This document shows positions 29,927 through 38,872 of a DNA stretch of 64,000 nucleotides, in pieces. The stretch is from contig OZ253462.1 of the NCBI GenBank assembly GCA_965261395.1, forward strand, positions 6,240,001 to 6,304,000, written 5' to 3'. The position numbers and the translations under genes are program-made. Within the stretch, counting starts at the first letter, position 1. Each line of letters begins with the position of its first letter. Source of the stretch: Candidatus Latescibacterota bacterium (GTDB lineage Bacteria > Latescibacterota > UBA2968 > UBA8231). The notes beneath the pieces are model-generated. The model saw only the letters and a list, made by a program, of their open reading frames with translations, did no database searches and was not told the DNA's origin.

Positions 29927-31366
29927 CTAGCCAGCAGCCTCGGCAGCAGCCGAAAGTTTTGCTACGTCAAATTTTGCGCCGTTAATGGTTATCGTCCCTG
30001 TAGCATAAAGGCCGTCGGCATCGACCGAAAACTTCATATCGAGTATCAACTCGGCCTCATGCGATCCAGAAAGGGTAACCTCTCCGCTCAGCGGAATGGG
30101 CGTCTGATCCAAGCCGACACTCAAGGCTCCGTTGACTATCAGCTCGCCATCGGGCGAATAATCCTGCAACGTCCAGTCGTTGTCGGCGATTTCTACTGAG
30201 CCGCCGCCCCGCCCTGGCACCGACGTCGTACCGGGAACCAGCGCGGAGAAGAAGATGTCCGTAAGACTGGAGACCAACGTGCTGTATAAGCCAATGATTT
30301 CAGGCGTTATCTCGACCGCAAAGCCCGGCCCGCTTTCTTCGACGTGGATTTCGATTTCCGGCGAGACGAAATCGGCATGGCCTCCGTGGTTGATTTTGAT
30401 GCGGATGGTGGTCTGGCCTTCCGCTAGGCCGATGATGTGAAAAGCCCAAGCATTGTTCTCGGCGTGATGTTCGACGTCGGCGATGCTCTCGTCGGTAATT
30501 TCCCAGTCAAGGGCGTAGTCATCGTCTTCGTCTGGGGTAAAGAGATCGCCGTCTTCGGCGATAAAGCGCACGGACAACAGGGCCGTTTTCAAGCCGTGGC
30601 CGACCTCAATCTCGCCGGTCACCTGACCGCTTTCAACGCGCACGATTTCAGTGCCGCTATCGCGTACAATCAGGCCGATGGCCTCGGCGTGTTCTTCTTC
30701 GTGCTCGGTATCGACGGGGGTGTTGTCAACACGCTCATAATCATCGTAGTAGTAGCCTCCATCCCCAGACTCCCACCCTAAAGCAAGCCAACCGTCAAAC
30801 ATCTTTATTTCATGGTCCCAACTCGGCCGAGTCTTAGTCTCTATCTCATCAAAGACCCGTAAATCCAGCAGCTCCAGCGTTTTTTCCCCTTTATACTCTT
30901 TCGTTTCTACGTCCCACATTCGGAAATAGGTTCCAATATGGTTGAATGCCCACTTACCACCGTCCGCATAGTACACGCCCATTTTACCGCGTCGCTCGCT
31001 ATAAAGGCTGGGCAAACCCAAATCGGCAAGTGCTGGATCATCCCAATCAGATGGGGAATAATACGAAAGCAGCGTGTAGTCGTAATACGTTACGCCCGGT
31101 TCGCCCGTTGGATTTGGGTCGGGCGCAAGCTCTATCCGCAACGTGTCCGCGGTCGAGATGTACTCACTGCCCCACCCATCACAGGCTGGACAATCAACAC
31201 TAAACCGACCCTGACCTGACCATGTACCCGCTATGCCCAAAATCGGCATCGGGCATTGTTCGGCCACAGCCTCGGTACGCTTGGCGGCACTAGGCGAAGT
31301 AGGACGGCCTACGTCACAGCCTAAGAAAACGGCGAAAGCGACAAGGGCTACGGTTACTTTATGCAT
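29927..31366 (-). CDS. Chimeric lipoprotein with His-rich middle domain
   Basis: Lipobox VFLGC; HEEEHAE, HHAE and HGGHADF segments. Confidence 0.7.
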   Translation of the reverse strand: MHKVTVALVAFAVFLGCDVGRPTSPSAAKRTEAVAEQCPMPILGIAGTWSGQGRFSVDCPACDGWGSEYISTADTLRIELAPDPNPTGEPGVTYYDYTLLSYYSPSDWDDPALADLGLPSLYSERRGKMGVYYADGGKWAFNHIGTYFRMWDVETKEYKGEKTLELLDLRVFDEIETKTRPSWDHEIKMFDGWLALGWESGDGGYYYDDYERVDNTPVDTEHEEEHAEAIGLIVRDSGTEIVRVESGQVTGEIEVGHGLKTALLSVRFIAEDGDLFTPDEDDDYALDWEITDESIADVEHHAENNAWAFHIIGLAEGQTTIRIKINHGGHADFVSPEIEIHVEESGPGFAVEITPEIIGLYSTLVSSLTDIFFSALVPGTTSVPGRGGGSVEIADNDWTLQDYSPDGELIVNGALSVGLDQTPIPLSGEVTLSGSHEAELILDMKFSVDADGLYATGTITINGAKFDVAKLSAAAEAAG

Positions 31367-31384
31367 GGTTAATCCCCTTTGGAC

Positions 31385-31469
31385 GTGGGTGAGTTTCAGC
31401 GGCTGTGATCGCCGCAACCTGCGGCCAGCAGCCATCGAGATAGGCACAGGGCACAAAAAAGGGAGTGGG
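31385..31469 (-). repeat. Conserved leader repeat R1 (R2 = 32109-32122 plus 32875-32950)
   Basis: Aligns with the spliced flanks of the group II intron; both copies lie upstream of minus-strand cargo genes. Confidence 0.7.
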
Positions 31470-31531
31470 TCAGGAAATTGGAGGCCGCTTTGGCGCGGTT
31501 TTTGCCAAGCATAGAAAGCCCCGACGATGGC

Positions 31532-32083
31532 TTACTTCGGCGTACATTTGAGAACTTGATCGACATATAGCGGATCTTTCGACACGGCAGCACCGTCCTC
31601 CTCCCCCAAACTTTTCATAAATGCAAGCATCTCATTATCTATCGCTGTCGGCTTGCGCCAAGTGTTATCTACCACCTTGCCGCCGGCAAGTGCCATAACA
31701 TGTCTAGGAATTTCGATCAAATAGCCGGCCGGGTCATCTGGCCCAGCATGAGACTCAAGCCATGTTTCAAGAAGTTGGTGCGCCCAAGAATACTCGACGT
31801 TGAAAAATTGCCTGAGAATGGGGCTGTGTTCGTGTTTGTCTGTGAAGAGCACTCTTTCATCGAGAATTTCGGCGGCCCGCTTTTCCCCAAAATGGGCGAC
31901 CATCCGTTGCGCAGTGCCCGATTCTACTCTTTTAGACATTATCTGTGCGGCCATGTCGCCAGTGGAAAGCCCTGTCAGGGCAGATAGGGAGCAAACGCCG
32001 CAACCTTTATGTCTGCCGTTGACCGAGTGGAGCTTTACAGCTTGTTCTAGGTCGGGGGAATTGATAGAATTACGGAAGACCAT
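31532..32083 (-). CDS. Hypothetical protein, possible papain-like (Cys/His/Asp) fold of phage/MGE type
   Basis: GCGVCSLSALTG..HVMALAGGKVVDN; RBS aaggag. Confidence 0.55.
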   Translation of the reverse strand: MVFRNSINSPDLEQAVKLHSVNGRHKGCGVCSLSALTGLSTGDMAAQIMSKRVESGTAQRMVAHFGEKRAAEILDERVLFTDKHEHSPILRQFFNVEYSWAHQLLETWLESHAGPDDPAGYLIEIPRHVMALAGGKVVDNTWRKPTAIDNEMLAFMKSLGEEDGAAVSKDPLYVDQVLKCTPK

Positions 32084-32122
32084 CGACCGTCTCCTTTCGA
32101 TTGGGGTAGTGGGTGAATTTGA

Positions 32123-32874
32123 GTGCGACCTGAAAGTCGCTTAAGATGAGTGAAGCAATGCTTCTGGTCCAGTGTATAGGACCATTGCCAGTCTCCCATG
32201 CGTTCTGAGTAATCAGAAGGTATGAAGCGGAGATGAAAAGCCCAATGCCAAGTAGTCGTAAACCGAAGCAGGGCAAGGCAAAGACCGAACGGGTGAACGA
32301 AAGTGAATCTATGCAAGCCTCGTCAACCCAGCCATCGGCTAAGCGGCTAATGCCGATGTATGAGCCATACGTGAACAATGGATTTCAAACGCCACTATGG
32401 ATACACCACCGGCTCCGGGGTATAGTAGGCACCCAACCCGGTCACATCTCACTTATGCGGAACAGGAAAACCCCAAAGAGGTCTGCGTAGGCAGTAACTC
32501 AACCGCAAGGAAGGGCTAACTCCTCCGTGGGAGCAGGATGCCACAAGAAGCGAATGCCATCAACTGAAAAGTAAGGGGAACACATAACCCGATGGATAGG
32601 GCATTGCCCAACTCGAAAGGGTGCTGACGTGTGGCAGGTGAATCGACCTTGAACATGGATTCAAAAGACTTGAATCAGATACCGATGCGCAGTGCGTATC
32701 CTATAATGGAAAACGTGAGCAGAATATCTGAAGGATACCCTAAAGTCTGGAGGAAACCTGACGAGGAAGCGGGAGCACAAGCTTCAGCCCGGTTTGCTTG
32801 AGCCGTGTGCGGTGAAAGTCGCACGCACGGTTCTGAGGGGAGGGGGACGTGGCGACATGTCCCCCTTACCCGAC
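32123..32874 (+). ncRNA. ORF-less group II intron (IIB-like), 752 nt
   Basis: 5' GTGCG; domain V gagccgtgtgcggtgaaagtcgcacgcacggttc (32800-32833, AGC triad, GAAA loop); domain VI hairpin with bulged A, ending cccGAC; short domain IV and no RT ORF. Confidence 0.9.
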
Positions 32875-33003
32875 ACTTTAGCGGCCGCGATCGTCGCGAC
32901 CGGTGGCCAACAGCCGTCGAGAAGGCACAAAAGAAAAAAAAGGTAGTGAGATAATCCCTTAAAAAAGGTTTCCGTTAGACTCTTAGAGGCCGAGTCGGTT
33001 CGG

Positions 33004-33561
33004 CTATTTTAATCCTAGATCTTCCAGTATATCTTTGAAAGGTTTGTGTCTTCGGATCCCCTGAATTACTCTATCCATTTTATCGCTCCACTGATCTCGT
33101 GGATATTTATTGATCTTCCGAAATAAGTTAGCAAAGCTTCCAATTGAACAACCGTAACGGTCTTCAATTACAAAGATAATGAGTTCGATAAGACGGTCCC
33201 ATCCGATGACACTACTTATAATTTCTTGATACTTGATATAGCTGGATAGGTGTTTTATATCTTTATCGCGGAATCCAAATTTGTTGGCAATCTGAAGGTG
33301 GGTTTGATTCCAGTCTAACTGTCCTCTGATATGAAGAATCATCATTCGTTGAGAGTCTTTGAGGTTATGTGGTTCATTTAGAAAACGATAGAATTCTCGT
33401 TCTTCATCCGTTTTGGCGTTTTCATACAGATCATGCTTGCGAGCCTCCTCTTTTAGTTTTAGTCCTCCTAGCGCGCCTAAAATTTTGGGATGCTGAGCAA
33501 GCATTCGTTGAGATTCTCTTAGGTCGTTCTTTGTAACATCAGATATTTCATATTTAGACAT
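33004..33561 (-). CDS. AT-rich hypothetical protein
   Basis: 185-aa ORF; RBS aagggag; composition visibly more AT-rich than the host genes. Confidence 0.65.
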   Translation of the reverse strand: MSKYEISDVTKNDLRESQRMLAQHPKILGALGGLKLKEEARKHDLYENAKTDEEREFYRFLNEPHNLKDSQRMMILHIRGQLDWNQTHLQIANKFGFRDKDIKHLSSYIKYQEIISSVIGWDRLIELIIFVIEDRYGCSIGSFANLFRKINKYPRDQWSDKMDRVIQGIRRHKPFKDILEDLGLK

Positions 33562-33596
33562 GATCTTTCTCCCTTTCTGATCAGTGGGTTGATTAT

Positions 33597-33637
33597 CTAG
33601 GTAGCTTGCTGAGGATGCTGAATAGCAGGCTACCTAG
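33597..33637. other. 14-bp stem hairpin upstream of the AT-rich gene
   Basis: ctaggtagcttgct..agcaggctacctag, with one T-G pair. Confidence 0.55.
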
Positions 33638-33672
33638 GGCGATTTAGGGGCGAGTAGAGTTTTGCCGGTTCG

Positions 33673-33774
33673 TCAGACCGCTTGGATGGGGCCGGGATAG
33701 CAGGCCACCTTGTCGTCCGTGGTAAACAGCGTAACGTTTTCGACTTGTGCTTGCGCGATCAGCAATAAAGTCAT
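33673..33774 (-). pseudogene. vapC: Internally deleted VapC/PIN toxin (33 aa)
   Basis: MTLLL joined directly to IAQAQVENVTLFTTD..YPGPIQAV, i.e. PIN N- and C-termini fused; ATGA overlap with the antitoxin. Confidence 0.75.
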
Positions 33775-34016
33775 GCGTTCCCCCCGAACATCTTCTCTAT
33801 CCCCGGTCCGCCCATGCTGTCGAAGTCGTCGGGAACTTTGATCTGTCCGGCCATAAAACCCAACCGACGAGATGCCGCCGTTTTGTCGGCTCGCTCGCGG
33901 ACGAGGGTTTTGAGGTAGCCCCGGACCAGTGCCGATACGGATGTGCCCAACTCCGCCGCCCGAATGCGGGCGAGCCGATGGGTTTCTTCATCTACAGATA
34001 CGGTGATGTTTTTCAC
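33771..34016 (-). CDS. Antitoxin, RHH-type N-terminus with VapB-like tail
   Basis: KNITVSVDEE..ARIRAAELGTSVSALVRGYL..RRLGFMAGQIKVPDDFD; GTG after aaggag. Confidence 0.8.
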   Translation of the reverse strand: MKNITVSVDEETHRLARIRAAELGTSVSALVRGYLKTLVRERADKTAASRRLGFMAGQIKVPDDFDSMGGPGIEKMFGGNA

Positions 34017-34087
34017 GTTCATCTCCTTGCAGATGCCGTACTTTACAGTGCATGGATAGGGCGATGCCGAGGTTTTTGCTGGCCGCC

Positions 34088-35584
34088 TCAAATAGATACT
34101 GAAAACAGCTTGGCTTTGTACAGGTGAAAGCGGAGGCCGACGTTTTCGCCTGCTAGGGCCGATAAGTCGGCACGGCCCCGCCAGCGCGCCGCCTCGGAAA
34201 TGGAATCGCCGGTGAGGGAATCGGCCTCGGCGAGCGAAAAGCCGGGGTGGGCTTCTACGGGCTGGGGAGGCGTGTGAATGGTCTGGACGATTTCGGCTTT
34301 GATCCAGCCGTCCGGGGCCGTGCGAAAGTTGAGCAACAGTTCGCGGCCGCAGCAGGGCCGCTCGATGAGCGTGACCCGCCCCTCGCCTTTGGCCTCTATC
34401 CCCGCGAGCCGATCCGGTTCCCAACAGGCCCAGCGAAATTCCCCATCCTCGGGGTACGACGCGGCGCCGCGGCGGAGGAAGTCGTGGCGGCGTTGGTAGC
34501 CTCTAAAAGGCAGCCGCCAAGTGCCGTTGGCAACGATGAGATTCGGGCTGGCGTAGAGTTGGCCATACGTTCCCCCCTCATAGGTGCGGTCGATGATGGG
34601 CTGGCGGAAGGGCCGGATCCATTGGTGGTTATCGTAGCTGACCGCGAGCTGGACATCGACCGTAGAGGCGATCCGATGATATATCGACGGAAACATCAGG
34701 TAGCGCGGCTGCGTGCCGGGGTACGGCGTGTAGCAGGGGTTGTAGATGTCGTCGTCGAGCGCGTCCAAGGGGTCGGGCAGGAGGCAGGGGCGCGGCTCGG
34801 CCAAGGCTGCAAACTGCGCGCCCGCGACGCGGCGCACCAAGCGCCGGCGGCCGATGTTGCCGCGCAAGTACGCCACATATTGCTCCTGGTGAGGATCGTA
34901 AATGCAGAGGTTGTGGGTGTCTAGCTGGGTTGCGCCGGCGTCGAAGACGGGCGCGCTGAGGTTGTGCCAGTGGATGCCGTCGGCAGAGGTCGCGCCGAGG
35001 AGCTGCTGCCGAATCTCAATCCCTCGCGCCTTTTCTCCGGCCGACACATCGCCCAAGTCGCGGGCCGCGAGCAGGGCCTTGAAGCGCGCGGAGTCCATTT
35101 CCGGGTCGGGCTGGCCGTCGCGGAAGTAGTGCGCCCCCGGGCCGACGGCCTTGTAGCGCTCGGCCGCCGGGGCACTGGGGTCGATGAATACCCAGCCGAG
35201 GGGATGGTCGCGGCCCGCGCTGAGGATGTTGTTGCAGGTAGAGCCTTCGTACTCGCACAATCCCAACTCCGGTCGCTGCCAAGTAAAGCCGTCGTCGCTT
35301 TCGGCGTAGCAGACATACGAGCGCGAGATGTCGTCCAAGCGTTGCACGCCGTACCAGAGGCGGTAGCGCCCTTCGTCGTGGAGCATGGCGTTGACGTGAA
35401 GATTGGCTCCTTGCTCCCAAGGGCGCTCCTTGTGGAAGAAGACCGCGGACTTACGCGCCAGCTCGGGCACGAGTTCAATGCCTTGGGGCGGGTCCTGCGA
35501 CCAGACGGTGCCGTCGTCTTCGAGCTTGCGGTGGGAGGGCCAGATGCCGTACCAGTCGAGGAAAGGCGTGGGTTGGGGTTGCAT
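34088..35584 (-). CDS. Five-bladed beta-propeller glycoside-hydrolase-like protein
   Basis: YRLWY..CYAESDDGFTWQRPELG, SADGIHW, DTHN and DVQLAVSYD motifs. Confidence 0.7.
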   Translation of the reverse strand: MQPQPTPFLDWYGIWPSHRKLEDDGTVWSQDPPQGIELVPELARKSAVFFHKERPWEQGANLHVNAMLHDEGRYRLWYGVQRLDDISRSYVCYAESDDGFTWQRPELGLCEYEGSTCNNILSAGRDHPLGWVFIDPSAPAAERYKAVGPGAHYFRDGQPDPEMDSARFKALLAARDLGDVSAGEKARGIEIRQQLLGATSADGIHWHNLSAPVFDAGATQLDTHNLCIYDPHQEQYVAYLRGNIGRRRLVRRVAGAQFAALAEPRPCLLPDPLDALDDDIYNPCYTPYPGTQPRYLMFPSIYHRIASTVDVQLAVSYDNHQWIRPFRQPIIDRTYEGGTYGQLYASPNLIVANGTWRLPFRGYQRRHDFLRRGAASYPEDGEFRWACWEPDRLAGIEAKGEGRVTLIERPCCGRELLLNFRTAPDGWIKAEIVQTIHTPPQPVEAHPGFSLAEADSLTGDSISEAARWRGRADLSALAGENVGLRFHLYKAKLFSVSI

Positions 35585-35590
35585 GGTGAG

Positions 35591-36622
35591 TTAACCTCGG
35601 GCGTTTGCGCCGGTTAGGTCGCTGAGGAGGACCAACTCGCCGCCGCTTTCGGCCGAGGCATTGGCCCCCAAGACAGCGGCTAGGCTGTTGAGGGAAGGGA
35701 CATAGGGGCTGCGCGGCATGGACGGATCGCCGGCTTGGACGGCGGCGATAAAGGCGCGGGCTTGGGCGAAGAAAGCTCCACGCGATTGCGGCTCTTCTGG
35801 GGCCTCCCACACTACCTCACCGTTTTCCGTCACTTTTTGTGGATTCCACTCGATGATTGAGTCGTCGCTGACGACGAGGATTTCGCGTTTGGAGTACGAG
35901 ACATTGCTCATTACCCGCGAGACGCTGGCGTTGGCGGTTATGCGCCCCTTGAAGCGGTAGTTGACGTTGTACACATGGGGCAAGTTCATCGGCTCGATGC
36001 ACTCTTCAGGCAGCGATTCGACGTAGAAGGCCGAGACCGCCTCAATGTCGCCGAGGAAGTAGCGCAACAGGTCGACGCTGTGGATGGTGTTTTCGACGAA
36101 GGAGCCGCCGCAGAGTTCGTAGCGGCTGGTCCAGTAGCGAATCGGCTGGCCGCTGTAGAAGTTTTGGATTTGGGCGTGGCGCGGAGTGCGCTGCTGCAAC
36201 AACTCCAAGGTCGGCGCGGAAGAAGGCTCGTAGCGATAGACGAAGCCGACTTGGGATACGATGCCGGCTTTTGCGACGGCGGCGTTGAATTCGGCGGCTT
36301 GCGCTAGGTCGAGGGTCTGCGGCTTTTCGACGAAGAGGGCGACGCCTTGGTCGGCGGCGATAAGCACTTCGTCGGTGTGTACGGTCGGCGGAATGCACAA
36401 GTAAACCGCGTCGAGTTCCTGCTCTGCGAACATCTGGTGATGGTCGGTATAGGTCGAGCGAGGCTTGTAGACGGCCGCTTGTTCACGGAGGGTTTCCTCG
36501 CTTTTGTCGCAGAATGCTTGGAAGACGACTTGGCCTTCCTCGGCGAGCGCAGCTAACGCCGGGAGGTGCGCCCTTTGGGTGATCCAGCCGAGGCCGATAC
36601 AGCCGACGCGGACGGGTTTCAT
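35591..36622 (-). CDS. Gfo/Idh/MocA family oxidoreductase
   Basis: VGCIGLGWI, LFVEKP and ENTIHSVD motifs. Confidence 0.9.
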   Translation of the reverse strand: MKPVRVGCIGLGWITQRAHLPALAALAEEGQVVFQAFCDKSEETLREQAAVYKPRSTYTDHHQMFAEQELDAVYLCIPPTVHTDEVLIAADQGVALFVEKPQTLDLAQAAEFNAAVAKAGIVSQVGFVYRYEPSSAPTLELLQQRTPRHAQIQNFYSGQPIRYWTSRYELCGGSFVENTIHSVDLLRYFLGDIEAVSAFYVESLPEECIEPMNLPHVYNVNYRFKGRITANASVSRVMSNVSYSKREILVVSDDSIIEWNPQKVTENGEVVWEAPEEPQSRGAFFAQARAFIAAVQAGDPSMPRSPYVPSLNSLAAVLGANASAESGGELVLLSDLTGANARG

Positions 36623-36636
36623 CTGCAATTTCCTTC

Positions 36637-37539
36637 TCAAAGGGTGAGAGCTTCGATGCGGGCGATGAGTTCGGGAGACAAGGAGCGGCCGTCGGAAACG
36701 GCAACGGAGACTTCGAGTTCGTCTATGGTTGCAGCGCCGGTGAGCAGCACCGAAACCTGGGGATCCGACAGCAAGTAGCGCAGCCCGTGGTCGGGCATGT
36801 CGCCAGGCTCGTCGGCGAGCAGGGCTTCGACTTTTTCGAGTTTGGGATAGAGTTCGGCAAAGCGGCCGGTCTCCTGCCAAGCGTCGCGCTTAGAGCCGAG
36901 CAGGCCGGCGTGCAGTGGCGAGGCGAGGATGATGGCGACGTCGCGGTCGGCTGCGGTGGGCAGGAGGATCTCCTTGGCCGTCTGCACCAACAGGTCGTAT
37001 TTGAGAAAAGTGATCACCGAGACAAAGGCGTCAGTCTCGGCGAGGACATCGCGCATTAGCACTAGGTCCGAGCCGGTCAGGCCGATGTGTTGTGCGAGTC
37101 CCTGCTCGCGAATTTCGAGCATGGCCTCTAAGGCGCGTCCCCGGCCGAATATCCCTTCCCAGCCCGCCTGCTCGGACTCGTGGAGTTGTAGAAGATCCAC
37201 TGAGTCGCGCTGCAAGCGCAGGAGGCTGGCTTCAAACCCTCGCCAAACTGTGTCGCGGGTGTAGTCGAAAGGCGCGGGATAATAGCCTACCTTGGTCGCC
37301 AGATAATAGGGCGCGTCAACGCCTTGGAGGGCGTGGCCGAGGACCTTTTCGCTGCGGCCTTGGCCATAGAGCGGGGCGGTGTCAAAGTAATTGATGCCCA
37401 AGTCGAGGGCGTGCTCGACCATGGCGACCCCGTGTGCCACCGGTAGGAGGCCGTATTCCGGGCGTCCGTAGAACCAAGATCCGCCCATGGCGATTTCGCT
37501 GACTTGCCAGTTCGTTTTGCCGAATCGTCGGTATCGCAC
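36637..37539 (-). CDS. Aldo/keto reductase
   Basis: GINYFDTAPLYG, ATKVG and DLLQLHE motifs. Confidence 0.9.
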   Translation of the reverse strand: MRYRRFGKTNWQVSEIAMGGSWFYGRPEYGLLPVAHGVAMVEHALDLGINYFDTAPLYGQGRSEKVLGHALQGVDAPYYLATKVGYYPAPFDYTRDTVWRGFEASLLRLQRDSVDLLQLHESEQAGWEGIFGRGRALEAMLEIREQGLAQHIGLTGSDLVLMRDVLAETDAFVSVITFLKYDLLVQTAKEILLPTAADRDVAIILASPLHAGLLGSKRDAWQETGRFAELYPKLEKVEALLADEPGDMPDHGLRYLLSDPQVSVLLTGAATIDELEVSVAVSDGRSLSPELIARIEALTL

Positions 37540-37592
37540 GCGTGTACTCCGCTGTTGGGGCTAAATGGAATGAAGTAAGTTAGACACGGCGA

Positions 37593-37624
37593 CGGCCGCT
37601 CGCCACTAGATAGGCGAGCGGCCG
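37593..37624. repeat. 12-bp perfect inverted repeat between divergent genes
   Basis: cggccgctcgcc-actagata-ggcgagcggccg. Confidence 0.55.
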
Positions 37625-37635
37625 GTCACCTCTAC

Positions 37636-38436
37636 GTGGAGACGGCGATGCGCTACAGCTATATGGTAATTGACTTTGCGGATCTCGGGGGCGATTTCGC
37701 CGCCGGGTTGGACTTCATTCGGGCCTGTGGGTACGAGGGCGTCGAGTTGAACTTGACCCCCGAGGTACTCGGTCAATTAGACGCGATCGAACGCGCGGTG
37801 GAGGCGTGCGGCTTGGTGGTGCCGTCGCTTTTGACCGGGGCGGCCTATGCCGAGGGGCTATGCTTGAGCGTGGCCGATCCGCATCGCCGCGCCGGTGCCG
37901 TCGCTAGGCTGCGGGAGTACCTGCCGATTGCCCAGCGTTTCAACGCCCTGCTCGTCGTCGGGCTTTTGCAGGGTTTGCGTGCGGATGAGCCCGACGCCGA
38001 GGTGGCCAACGAGCGCATTGCGGCCGGCCTGCGCGAAGTGGGCGTGGCCGCCCAAGACGTTGGCGTGGACCTGGTCGTCGAGCCGATCAATCATTTGCAA
38101 GTGGGGTTTAACAATTCCGTCGGCGAGGTGCGTGCCTTGATTGAGCGCATTGGCGTGCCGGCTTTTAGGCCGATGGTCGATACGATTCACATGAACATTG
38201 AAGAAAAGTCGCTGACTCAGCCCATTTTCGACTGCGGCGACGCGTTGCGGCACGTCCACTTGTGCGAGAGCAACGGCAGCGTGCTGGGCAGCGGGCACCT
38301 CGACTTCAAGGCCGTGCTCGCGGCCTTGGACGCCATTGGCTACGCGGGTTTTGCCTCGGTCAAGGTCTATCGCCAGGCTAGCTTGCGCGAAGCTGCGCCC
38401 GCGAGCTTGGCGTACTTGCGCGGGCTAGCCGGCTAG
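37636..38436 (+). CDS. Sugar phosphate isomerase/epimerase (xylose-isomerase-like TIM barrel)
   Basis: GYEGVEL, VEPIN, DTIHMNIEE, HVHL and GSGHLDF motifs. Confidence 0.9.
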   Translation: METAMRYSYMVIDFADLGGDFAAGLDFIRACGYEGVELNLTPEVLGQLDAIERAVEACGLVVPSLLTGAAYAEGLCLSVADPHRRAGAVARLREYLPIAQRFNALLVVGLLQGLRADEPDAEVANERIAAGLREVGVAAQDVGVDLVVEPINHLQVGFNNSVGEVRALIERIGVPAFRPMVDTIHMNIEEKSLTQPIFDCGDALRHVHLCESNGSVLGSGHLDFKAVLAALDAIGYAGFASVKVYRQASLREAAPASLAYLRGLAG

Positions 38437-38798
38437 CGGGCCGCCCAATACCCGATGAATACGGCGGGAATACCCAGCAGCAGTTGCAGCCCAATGTGGA
38501 CTAAGGCGGCTGGCACCTGACCCGCGCGCAGTATTTGCGCGGTCTCGTAGGCCACGGATGAAAAAGTGGTGAAGCCGCCGAGGAGGCCGACGAAGAGGAA
38601 TAGACGGACTTGGGGGCCTAGGTATTGACGCTCTTCGGCCAAGCCGCCCAAAAAGCCAATGACTAGGCAGCCGACCACATTGACCACGAGGGTGCCGTAG
38701 AGCGTGGTGCCCAACAGGCGCAGGGTCCCCAGGGAGACCAAGTAACGCAGCACCGCTCCAATGAAGCCGCCGCAGCCCACCAGTAGAATGCGATCCAT
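38433..38798 (-). CDS. crcB: Fluoride efflux channel CrcB/FluC
   Basis: GGFIGAVLRY, GTLVVNVVG and GLLGGFTTFSS motifs. Confidence 0.95.
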   Translation of the reverse strand: MDRILLVGCGGFIGAVLRYLVSLGTLRLLGTTLYGTLVVNVVGCLVIGFLGGLAEERQYLGPQVRLFLFVGLLGGFTTFSSVAYETAQILRAGQVPAALVHIGLQLLLGIPAVFIGYWAAR

Positions 38799-38872
38799 GA
38801 CGTGCTAACAAAGACATCACCATTCGTGTGGGCAAGCGGTGTAGGGACAATAATCTTTGCACGGAGGAAAAC

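Larger units (their letters stand above)
27799..34096. mobile_element. Integrase-less genomic island flanked by 31-bp direct repeats
   Basis: gccgaggtttttgctggccgcctcaaataga is identical at 27799-27829 and 34066-34096; a diverged internal copy lies at 29760-29798. Confidence 0.7.

Noticed and set aside
32047-32490. Short ORFs inside the group II intron
   Set aside because: No RT, maturase or endonuclease motifs; they overlap structured domain I.
31385-32950. Leader repeats as integron attC sites
   Set aside because: No RYYYAAC/GTTRRRY boxes and no intI; the intron has an AGC triad and a full-length DV, unlike IIC-attC introns.
27830-34065. Prophage or ICE
   Set aside because: No structural, replication, conjugation or integrase genes in the window.
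38799-38872. Fluoride riboswitch upstream of crcB
   Set aside because: Only partial resemblance (accgc..tgatg); the conserved 5' GGCGATGG-type stem is not evident. An Infernal RF01734 search would decide.
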